64,000 nucleotides of DNA from NCBI GenBank assembly GCA_038496445.1, contig JALMLS010000423.1:217445-281444 (forward strand), in the 5' to 3' direction. This DNA comes from Trichosphaerium sp. ATCC 40318 (lineage: Eukaryota; Protista; Tubulinea). The position numbers and the translations under genes are program-made. Within the stretch, counting starts at the first letter, position 1. Each line of letters begins with the position of its first letter. This document shows positions 38,690 to 50,226 of the stretch, in pieces. The notes beneath the pieces are model-generated. The model saw only the letters and a list, made by a program, of their open reading frames with translations. It was not told the origin of the DNA and did not search any database.

Positions 38690-39304
38690 AAACAACACAA
38701 AGAATCTTCATTGGATTTCTCCATAATTTAATAAACCAGACATTACAACGAGCTTTTTTCAAGATCATACTGTTCCAAAGCCAAACCAAAAGAAAGTAGA
38801 ACATTCTGGTTTCTTCGCAAACTTGCTTGTGACTGACAATTTTGTACCCATACTACTTTTACAAGTTAGTGGCATAATCTCCTTTCAAGTATCAATAATT
38901 GAAAAGACAGGGTAATAAATGCTGCTTAGCGCAACAAGTATGTTACATCACGTGCTTGCTGATAGTTAGAATAATGGTTGCTCCAGCTAGGCAACTAATA
39001 CGCGATTGTTTGGGAGGAAAGACAACGTCTTAGTGGCTATCAATAGCACACTAATGTCGTGTATATTTGTACATAAAAGACTACAGTTGTGCGAATTACA
39101 TTATGTAAAGATATGAATTTTTTTTGAAAAGAACAAAATGAAGATTGCAAGGTGTTGATATTAGCCAGTTTAATCGTGTTAATGTGTCTTCTGTTGATTC
39201 CATAGTTGAGATCCAGTCTCACAAATTCAAACGCTAGCAGCGGCGTTTGAAATGGTGACATATTCATCCTAATAGTTGAACGAAAAATGGCCAACAAGCA
39301 CTTC

Positions 39305-39480
39305 CGATGTTTGCAAAAGTTCTCTGTTCAAGTGTTCGTCTATCAGATGCATTGAACTCCAATAAACTTCCATCACATTTATCCAATGTGAATGAATGTA
39401 GCACGTGTCCTTCATCTTTTGATCTTAAGAGTAAGGTAACAGATAAAACAGGTCTTTTACTTCACCGAAAGAGTTCACGT
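39305..39480 (-). pseudogene. Second, more degenerate inverted fragment of the kinase last exon
   Basis: Paralogous to 34150-34315 (ttccatcacatttatccaatgtgaatgaat...aaaacaggtcttttacttcaccgaaagagttcacgtg), with indels. Confidence 0.8.
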
Positions 39481-39561
39481 GCTTTTTCGTTAAGTTAAGT
39501 CAATTAGAAAAGGTTAATCATTTTAGTAAATTTATTCCAGTACTGACCGCTACCTTCTTTA

Positions 39562-42500
39562 ATGCTACTGAAGCACGCCTTCCGTAAGTAATTTGTACGT
39601 ACTTTCCTTCCATCAATATCCAGAAGGAAAGCAGCACTGTACAAAATCGGTACTGTACAAAACTAAATATTTAATAGCTTTATACGCTCTCATATTATTA
39701 TCAAGCGTTGGAATAGCTTTGAGTGCGGTATCCCTTGACTCAGCAATAAAAAATGCTGTTTTGTATCACGTTGACGCCACCAAGGTAACTCAAAAAACGA
39801 GATATTAATTTTACGGTTTTTAATGATGTAAAAAGACAGTTCGGGTTGGCGCTTTTGGGTTTCTCTATATTATCGACTCTTCTGTTGGTTTCTTAGAGTC
39901 TAATATTCAGTTTTTGGATGAAAGTAGCAGACGTGAGCAGTATCTACACGAAAAATACGATCATAATGAGGTACACTTTTTAATTGGAACCTAAAAAACT
40001 CACAACCTTTAGAGAAAAATTGTCCAAACAATGAATTGTGGTGGAACGTGCCAATCACGTGATCTTAAAACAAATGTATTACTCGATACCTTCCGATGGC
40101 CTTATGCACCTCCATATACTCGTTTTGTATCTGATGGAACGGTTTTCATTGACCACAGGCACAACACAGATCCGCCGTCACATCAACGAGTCAGCGTGTA
40201 AGTTCCTGAAAAAAAAAAATTGATAAACGTATTGACCAGCCTTTGGATTTAGGTCTAAGTATATCACAAACGGCACTTTCGACCATCTTTATGGTACTTT
40301 TCTAGGTATCAAAGAGTTGTATGCCACACCTAATGAACTCTTACGGTACAAACCAATTCATCAGTGTTCAGATAATTCACGTGATTTTTTTATGCAAAAA
40401 AAAATTATTAAATTTGCTCTTAGGGTTGTTTACCTTGATGGAACTATTGTAGATTTTAATGGTGATTATGACGACGATCAATTCTTTGATCAGCAACCAG
40501 ACGAGTGCAGTGATATGCCTTGTGTGGATACAACAGATCTCGTATTCGGTATATTTTAATAGACTTTTTTGTAGTTAGCATCTTAACTTATTCACAATTT
40601 TGTGTAGTTATTGATGCTTCTGAAGCCACTTTGGGTAATGAAGGGTGTACTGTTGGAGGTACTTAGTCATGTTTTTGGAAGGAAGGTTTAACAATTTCGC
40701 AAGGTCAAACATGTGGAGCGCCTGTAAAAGGTCTTTTTGGAGAATACAACAGAACTTCTTTTGAAGAATGTTGCGAGTTCTATAATTGGGATACATACTT
40801 TACTTTCATAAGAAACGAAATTGCAGGATTAAAGTTTGGAGAGTATGGTTTTCGTACTGGCATTGTTCTTTATCGTGATCAAGGTCATGTATCTCTACCT
40901 CTTGGAAGCTACACAAAACAACATTTCTTGAATGAAATGGACAAAATTCGTAGACTTAATATTCCTGCTGGATGTTCAAACGTTTCTTCAGGTAGTACAT
41001 TAGTTACAAAATAAGTGCTGCAATTGTTGTTTTTTTTTGAATACTTAGTTGTTTATCAGGGCTTGAAGTTGCACGTGATCTTTTTAAAAAACATGGTCGA
41101 ACAGATAGAAATAACAAAAAGATTGTTGTCAATCAATACGGCAGTGTAAAGTGTAATAATGATGTTTCTGCGTCAATGATGGCATCAGACATGAGAAATG
41201 ATGTACGGACTACTTTTACCCGAAATACAAATTGCATCTCATTTGTACAAACAGGGATTCACAATCCTATCGATCGAGATTGGTACTGGATCTACAAGTC
41301 TTGGACAAAATACAACATCTGTAAAAAATGCAGATCGACTAGCAGATGTCCTTGATACGTTTTCACGTGGAATTTGCTCAAACGAAGGTAATACAAGATT
41401 TTCTCTTGAAATGTGCTTACTTTTTTGTTTTACAAAAGGTTCGAATCCATGTGGATCTTCATGCAATGGTATCTGTGATTGTGACCTTGCATGTACTTGT
41501 ACACAAACAATATGTGATGATGCAAATCGTTGTACAGAAGATATATGCGAAGGACCTCACAAGGGATGTACATTTAATCCGCTTCCAATTTTTCCTAACT
41601 TTTCGCCTTCTATACACTGTAAGTTCACTATATCACTCCTTTCTTCTCTTGAATTAATATTCGAATCTTAAGGTGGCAACGAAGAGTACTGTAAACCTGA
41701 TTCTACTGCTCATAGGGCTGAAGTAACGTTTTTTGCTCCTCCTTTTACACGTAATTACATTGGAACAGATTGTATTGCCCATACACCTATGGACTGTGAC
41801 CCTTCATGTGAATCTTCAGATGTATGCACTACTAGTTGGTGTGATATTACAACAGGACAATGTGTAACTGAGAAAAGAGAACCAGGTTAATCAATATCTA
41901 CTTTTATTTTGTTTTTAACATTTTTACCAGGCGCATTGAGCTTTGGTTGCCTAGAACACGATCCACAAAATTTATATTATTGTGAGCCTTCTGCATTTCC
42001 ACTAGGAACCTTCAGGGGATGTGCATCGAGGCTTCTTAATAATGTACGTCAACATAACTCTCACTCAAATCAAACTGAACTTGACCAACAAATTGTTTAC
42101 TATATTACATTTCTTGCACTCATTTTGACTATTTCTCGTGCTAATTTTTGTAGATATGTTCTGAAAACATTCCTGAATGTACCACTTATGCTGAAGATCT
42201 TGTTAGTTGGCATCTAGTTCCTTTCACTATCCCTGAAGCTCCAGGACAAACTTTTATGAATCCAGAATGTCTTTATGAACCATTACCAGCTTGTTATCAA
42301 ATCGTTGCTCCAAAACCAGCACCAACAGCTCCACCAACATTACCACCTCCCTCAGAACCTACCTCAGAACCCCCAACAGAACAAGCGTTCGAACCTACCT
42401 CAACAAACGCAACGAGCGCATTGGAGGGACCTTCTGGTATCTCAAACCGTAAGCAACTGAAACAACAAAATATTCAATACTTGACTTGTTTCTAATCACC

Positions 42501-43931
42501 TTCTTAGTTGCATGGATACTACCAATAGTGATTGTGGCTCTTTTATTCATTGTAATTTGTGTTGGGATATTGTTGTGGTATTTTTGTTGTCACTCAAGGA
42601 AGTACAAGGTCCAAGAGTCTTTTATTGCAACAAATAAAGATTATGTTGATATGGGCAATCTACCAAATAACGCGCCTCAAGCTGAAGGTCTTCTGAAATA
42701 TAGTGATCTCACACTTGGAAAAGAAATTGGTACAAAGCCAATTATTAGCCTAAAAGAAACAAATTTACTCAACAATTAATCAAACTCTCAGTGAACTTCA
42801 CGTGATTTGATTTTGATCAATTTGAATTTTCATTTTTTTTCCTAGTTTACCTACGGTTCTTTTTGTTTTGTTCTTTTTCTTGCCTTACAGTTTGAACAGG
42901 TTCTGGGAGTTTCGGAAGTGTATTGAAAGGTATGTACAAAGGAAAGGAAGTTGCGATAAAAGTGTCAACAACTGGAAACGAAGACAATCAAAGCTTTTTA
43001 AGAGAAGTATGTACAATACAACAATCTACTTGTTATGTTATTCACTCCTGTTATAGGTTGAAGTAAATCTTAATCTTCCACCACATCCAAATATAGTTGG
43101 TACTGTAGGTATGTGTCTGAATGATGGTAAACCGATACTTGTATTGGAGTTCATGGCAAACGGATCATTGTCAGAGTTGTATGAGAAAAAAAAATCAGAC
43201 TTCACTTTCGCAGAGATACAACAATATCTTGTTTCAATAGCTTGTGGTATGACATTCCTACATGCAAATAGTATTGTTCATAGAGATTTGGCTTGTAGAA
43301 ACGTACGACAAAAACAAACTTGTACTTATCTTTCCTTCTTTTTCTTACTTACTTCAATGTAGATTCTTGTACGCACTTACACTTCAATGAAGACAACTAA
43401 AGTTAACCTCTCATTTTTACTCTAGTTATCAAGCAATAACGTAACCAAAATAAGCGATTTTGGCATGTCAAGGTGAGCGATTACACTAAAACGTAACAGC
43501 ATGTTTCTGATTCGCGATTATTGTACAAAAAATAATATGTTTGACTAGAAAATCAGCATTGGAAGGAGGACCAAATGAAACAGTAACAAATATTGGTCCG
43601 ATCAGATGGATGGCTCCAGAATCAATATCTCTCCTTTACGAAACAGCTAGTGATGTACAATTAACATACATCAAGACACGTACTAACTGTATATTAGGTA
43701 TGGTCATTTGGAATGCTTTCTTGGGAGCTTATTAAAAGAACAACACCTTTCGGTGAAATAAGAGATCTATTTGATCTTGCTGTCAAAATCAGAGATGAAG
43801 GACATACACCAGAAGTCGATAATATTCATCCACATTGGATAAATTTGATGGAAGCTTGTTGGAAGTTTAATACATCTGATAGGCCAACATTTGAACACAT
43901 TGAACAAACAATAGCCAACTTAGAAGAATAG
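39562..43931 (+). CDS. Receptor kinase copy 3 (VWA ectodomain, tyrosine-kinase-like)
   Basis: Same architecture as copy 1, and the exons checked splice in frame. Juxtamembrane KDYVDM; kinase HRDLACRN and GPIRWMAPE. Confidence 0.9.
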
Positions 43932-44193
43932 AAACAACCACAAGCAATAATAGCGAATTTAGAAAAAATAGAAGCAACCACACAAAGAATCTTCATCGAA
44001 GATTTCTCCGTAATTTAATAAAAAATTTTGCACGAACTCGTAGCACGTGACCAGTAACTCGAGGTTTTTTCTAAACAACATTTTTTAATTGTGTATTATG
44101 TGGAGTAGATACTATATGAGCGGACGAAACACTTTTGAATAAAAAAACTGATTAATTTAAGTTTACGAAACAAACATATCTGTTTGTACGGTT

Positions 44194-46783
44194 TTACATC
44201 TCCTCATCTTGCATGTATGCACCCAAGAAACCAGGATCAGCGCCTAAAAATACGTATAAGTGGTAATTACTTAACCCAAAGTGGAAGACTTTTAATCAAT
44301 AAGAGGCGCATGTCGCATAGTGTTAAAAAAAATCACGTACTCTTCGCAGGAGTAGGTTTTTTTGTAACAAAGTACTGTTGGTATTTTGACCCAGGACAAC
44401 TCTTCCTCAAGTATAAGGCATCGCGAACTTTATTACTCAAGAAAGTTGGCAAATTTCCCTAGGAGACAAACCGTTAGCAACAGAGTAAAAAAAAATGAGA
44501 TAATTCAAGTACTTACTTTTACTGCTACTTTTCCTTTTGGCGTCCTCAAAGAATACCCTGTTTGATCTATTCGCAAACCAATCAGCTGAGCGTATTGCAC
44601 ATATATATTTGCGTAGTCTCCATTGATGGACTGTTAAACAACGTACCAGAGTTTGCCATAATACGTTGATGTGTAACATTTTGATTACGATCAACTTTAG
44701 ATATTGTGAAAGGTGTCTGTCTGGCAGTACTGCTAGATAATCGAACAAGAAAAGTTCCTTTCTTTTCCTCAAGTAAAAGCTGTTCTGCATCTTCTTTTGA
44801 AATATCACCAAAGTACCATCTAATTAAAACCAAGTAAGAAAAAAGAAGTTTTGTGCTCATCGTACTTTTGCTTCACTGTGGCCATTATACGTTGCATAAA
44901 TTTATCATTCAAAGGCCCAAATCTATCTAAAAGATCTCCTAAATCTTGAGCTTTTACTGTTAGATCACCCATGTGATCTTTTTTTGCTAAACAGCAAATA
45001 TTAGCCAAAGAAAAAAAAAAGACTGGTAGTGCACTTACCTAATAATTCCAAAAGTATTTTATACTCTGTCTCTGATGGATCTCTGAATGCAGAAGATGTA
45101 ACAACAACCTTTGCTAGACCTTTAACGAATTTTCTAAACACTACAGACGTCTATAAAGACTTTGTTAGATACAACAAAGCGAGGGAGAATAGCAAAAAAA
45201 AAAGGAATACCTCCGCTTGGAAGTTTTCCATCCAAAATTTCTGTCCTGCTTCATCTTCAATTGTACATTTGATCATAGCAGTTTGTAGTGATGGTATTAA
45301 ATCGTCAAAAGAAGGTCTTTCTGCAGCATCATGCTATAGGCAATTAATCTCATTCAAAAAAAAAAAAAAGGAAAAAGAAAAGAGTTGTAACCGTACTGCC
45401 CAACTTTGTTTAATAATCTCTGCGATATGCACAGGTACTACTCTATCATCAATCTTAGGACGTTCCTAGATAAACGTGAGATCATTTATAAATGCGACAA
45501 GTCAGAAAAACCCGTACATATTTGGCAACAGAGTCTTTAAATGTATTGAAATCCCTCGAATCATGGAAAGGTGCTCGTTTAGCAAATAAATGATAAACAC
45601 AAACAGCCCAACCATATACATCAGCTTTTGCTGTGATTATAGTAGCGCGATCAATGACTTCTGGAGATAAATAACGGAACTACTTAGACGTTAGCTCCAC
45701 GCCAGAAAACGAAATTTTTTTAAGTTACCTCTGTTGCTGTTAAGGTTGATCTATCTTTCTCTGTTTGTTTATGATCACCAGTGATACTTGCTGATAAATC
45801 AGCTATTTTAACACGCCATGCTTTATTTACTAATAAAGTATTCGGTTGAACATTTTTATGAATGACAGGAGGAATAGAGCAATGAAGCCAATTGAGACCC
45901 TACAACAACCATATTTTGTAAGTTTTTTTTCTCTTAATTTTCTGGTTTATACCTGAGCTATATCCATAGCCATACGCATCCGTTGGTGTATTTCTAAGTC
46001 GTCGCCATGTGCCTATAACTGATGTTAACGAATCATTAATTTTAAGTGTCATTGACGCTCAATACAATCACTAAAAATACATACCTGCAATACTTCACTG
46101 AGAGTTCCTCTTTCAGCGTATTCTGTTACAATGGCATAATGACCATCTTCAAAACAACATCCCATGAATAAGACGACGTTTGGATGGCGTAAGTGCCTAA
46201 AAGAATCAGTTTAAAGGTTTTCTAAATTAACTGGGTGTTGTGGGAGTCAATTTTGCTGTTTGTGCTTACACTAGTACGCTAACTTCACTATGAAATGCGT
46301 CCAATTGCTTTTGGGACAGATTGGTTTGGGACAATTTCTTAATAGCAACATCTTTGCCTCTGCAGCTGCCTTTCCAGTACTCCCCGACAGTGTCCTTACT
46401 TATTCGGGTAAGGTATTCAAGTTCATCTGTAGGAGGTTAGATATGTTAAAATTATACTCGTATCGATTTTTACTGCATTCTGAACGCCATTGGACGCAGT
46501 GCGCAGTACAAATGATTATTTTTTTGGCACAAGTACCTTTTTCTATCTCTAGAGTGTCTAGTTGACCTTCTTTCAACATAACTGCCGATTGTGACGCATC
46601 AATACCGGTGCCTTCTTCAGAACCTTCGATTTTATCTTCTTCGTCTTCTATTATCATATTCAGAGTGTCATTTAACCGTGTAACTACGTCTTTGATCTTT
46701 GAGCGTATTTCATCGCTCTTTAACCCCTGACGCTGAAATATATCCTTCAAGGTCTGTTTAGTCGCTTTTTCTAAGCGAGCCAT
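44194..46783 (-). CDS. Shk-like TKL pseudokinase + SH2 domain protein, multi-exon
   Basis: Kinase fold (CRGKDVAIKK, LRHPNVVLFMGCC, ADVYGW, CWAHDAAERPSF) with HKNVQPNT and DLS in place of HRDLKxxN and DFG. SH2 reads WYFGDISKEDAEQLLLEEKKGTFLVRLSSS. The layout matches Dictyostelium Shk kinases. Confidence 0.88.
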
Positions 46784-47115
46784 GCTTTGGTGTGGTTTTT
46801 AACTCAGTTTAAAATAATAATTTTGTTAAATTTAGTACAGAAACAGCTTCCGATACAAACAAAGATATCTTTTAACGAGTATTTTCTAGGGTACACAACC
46901 ATTCAAGAAATGCTTTTTAGCGAAATGGACCTGGTTCGTAAACCGGTTTGCTTGAACCGTTCCTTACTGAATATGGTCTACCACAACGTAGGAAAGTAGA
47001 GACGTGTAGTAGCGTGCGCTTGTTAAAATATTATTTCAGCAGGTTCTGTGAACGGAACTTAGATTGACGCAGTTTTTTCGATTACAAAAATACTGGCAAA
47101 ACGCAATAGCCACAT

Positions 47116-49474
47116 ATGAACTTCACGGCGTTGGTAGATAACGTAACGGAGTTTAAAGATGATCTACAGCAAACAGAGATGCCTCTACCTGTAGAGAGCT
47201 TTAATGCTTTGGAACAAATTTACAATCATATTAAAAATCAACTGGATATAACTATACATCTGTTACTTGACGATCCAGGCAATGATTTTAGTTTAATTGA
47301 AATTTTGCTACAGTCCAATGATTCTTTGGATGGGTACTGGCTACGTTTTAAAACGCGTGTGGAAGCCTCAAAAAGCGAACCAAAAAGCGGCGTAGAAAGT
47401 ACAGGTGTCGTTAACCCCTTCAAAGATGATGTTATCACGTACGTTTTGATAGTAGAAGGTTAATACGTACTTATGGCGTGTAGTAGCGAAGCGGATAAAA
47501 TAAGCGAAAGAGAAGATGGAATTGTAATAGTTGTAAAGGGAGAAAAGGGTAGCGGAGAGGATAAAGAAGATAAAATAGAGAATAAATCAGAAGAAAAAGA
47601 CGATGTTAAAGATGATACAGACCAACCGGCACAGAAACCTCGTAAAAGGAGGCGTAAGAAGCGACGAAATGTACAGAAAGAGAAGGAGGATGAAGAAGAG
47701 CAAGAACCTATCATTAGAAAAAAGAAACGTAAAAAGAAACTCCCCGAGACTATCGAGTGCCCTATATGTATTGACGATGTTAAAATGGAGGACGCGTATA
47801 TGTTTGATTGTGGTCATAGCTATTGTAGAGAAGTACGTAACCCTCTTCGCCCATAAAACCGATAATCAACTTTTTTGTGTTTTTTTTTTCCATTTTTTTA
47901 TTTTATTTAAAGTCGGCTCTTTCAAACCTAAACCACTATATTATGGTTTATCATTAGTTGTGTGCTTTTAGAGCTTAATCATAGCGTAATCGTAGCACCA
48001 TAATCTACAAAAACTGCACACAACTTTTCGGTTTTTTATTTCTTCTATTTCCCCGTTTTAGAAAGGAAATGGCTATATTTAAATACGTGCTAATGTGGGT
48101 TTTTTTTGTAGTGTCTTGATATGTATGTAAAGGAGAAAATCAACCAAAACGACGTTTTAGATCTTTGTTGCCCTCACCCTGAATGTGACTCTGAGATACC
48201 ACATAATCACTTGAAAGAGCTTGTGGATACAGAAACGTTTGATAGATATGATGAGCTTGCACTAAAGGCTGCTCTTAATAGAGGTATGTCTCTTTGAACA
48301 ACGTTTCCTAAAAAGCCAAAAAACCCGCGAAAGTCAAAGCGGTTTTTTTTTTCCGTTTTTTACTCTCAAGAGGATGAATGATGTCTCTTTGTTGTTGTTC
48401 TTCCTGTTGATGTTGACGTTCTATTTTAGATCCTAATTGTAGATGGTGTCCTAGTTGTGGTGATGCGATAATTGGTGATCCTCAATATAGAAGACTTCGT
48501 TGTTATAGTTGTTCCCATGAGTTCTGTTTTGAGTGTAATGAAGATGTACGTCAAAAGCGATTACCATTGAAAAAAAAACCACATAATTTTTTTGTTGGGT
48601 TTTTCGTTTGTTTATGACCTCGTTATCAACCATCATTCTTATTTCGTTTAGTTTCACGTGGGAACTTGTGAAGATTTTCAAAAGTGGAAAGTGGAAAATG
48701 GCTTAGTTGATGAAAAGTACGTAACAGCTCCTCTCCATCGATGAGTTTTTCTTTTTTTTTTTTTTTATGAAAATAGACTTAATGTGAAACTGTGTTCTAA
48801 CTTTTGTCCTTTTTAGATATGTAGAATGGGCCGATGAAAATACAAGAAAGTGTCCAAAGTGTAAATCTAGAATCCAAAAAAATAGTGGTACGTATCCATT
48901 TCCACGCTTTTTTTTTTGAAACGGCATGAGGACGTTTTTTCTCGATTTTTTTCTCGTTTCATTTCTCCTTTATTTGGTATCCCAACAACCAGTCTACTTG
49001 TGTAGATATTTATTTGTGTATTTACTCATTTAAAAATAGGATGTAATCATATGACATGTGGTAATTGTAACTATCAGTTTTGTTGGTTATGTGGTAGAAA
49101 ATATACTTCAAATCATTTCGATGTTTGGAATGTTTTAGGATGTCCTGCACTTCAGTCAGGTAAAAAAGAAAATTATGGTGCTGCTAGACGTATGGGTATG
49201 CGTATTGGTATAGCTACAGGCATAGGAGCAGCTGTGGTACGTTAAATTTCTTTCAAAAGTGATTGAGATGTATAAACTAAATTTTTTTTTATAGATATTC
49301 GGTGGTGCTCTTGCACTTGCTCTTGCTATTCCTGTTCTTGTCATTGGTGGTCCTATATTTGGTGGATACCATTTTGTAAAGTACCGAAGGCGTAAAAGAA
49401 AACGTAAGGCTAGATATCTTCCTACTCCTCGTAAGATAAACAGGGACGACATTGATGACCTGGACATACTGTAA
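47116..49474 (+). CDS. RBR (RING1-IBR-RING2) E3 ubiquitin ligase with N-terminal GAT-like helical domain and C-terminal membrane segment
   Basis: RING1 CPICIDD...CGHSYCRE|C; IBR WCPSCG...[12 protein letters not shown]; RING2 [13 protein letters not shown]|[17 protein letters not shown]; hydrophobic Gly-rich tail [10 protein letters not shown]|[21 protein letters not shown]-terminal [12 protein letters not shown] resembles the last GAT helix. Confidence 0.9.
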
Positions 49475-50226
49475 AATCAATCAAAAAAAAGATTTGAAGA
49501 AAATGGTCCTGCATAACGTCATGTGGGTGTTTTTTTAACTCAAAATGTAACAATACAAACTCAATTACCTTGTACTTGTGTTTATATCTTTCTACATGTT
49601 GTTCGCCGCTATAGTGCTACTGATAAATTCTTTAAAAGACATATTTAACTAAAGCAGTGGTGTTAATAACTCGAGTTCAGTTGACTTGAAGTAGTTTAAA
49701 GTTGAAGTCAAACTGTTCGTCGTTCAGTAGCTCTATATTAACTTGTGTTTTATGGCATATGGTGATCATTGTACAAATAGCGTGAGTAGAACAGACGATG
49801 GACTTGGATTATACGATAAAAAATGTAGCTATAATCCAATTGTTACTTCGGCATTACTCATAACCTACACGTTATTTATCCCTCATGAGTTTTATGAGTT
49901 CTAGCTCGTAGCTAAATAGTTTCCTTGTTAACATGAACCACGTGATCACAGTGATGAACAAAACCGCTTTCTCAACATATGAATTATCGTTACTCTTTAT
50001 TTGTCGACGATTGTCCTGGTCAATTCCAGAGCTTTTTGCAATATAAATAACTCCATTAGGGTGAAGAAAATAGGTTTTTGCAAAGGCACTTAGTGAGACG
50101 TGTTTTTGGTGAGATGCAACAAAAGTATGCCAAACTTAACATTTTAGCACGAGTTTTCACTGAAATCACGCAGTGACATCACCATCTACGCTTTATTCTT
50201 CTTTTTTCTAGTTACTTATAATCAAA

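Larger units (their letters stand above)
29485..43960 (+). repeat. Tandem triplication, about 4.8-5.2 kb units
   Basis: Three near-identical gene units including introns. Spacers 33650-34390 and 38690-39560 are also partly paralogous. Confidence 0.95.
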
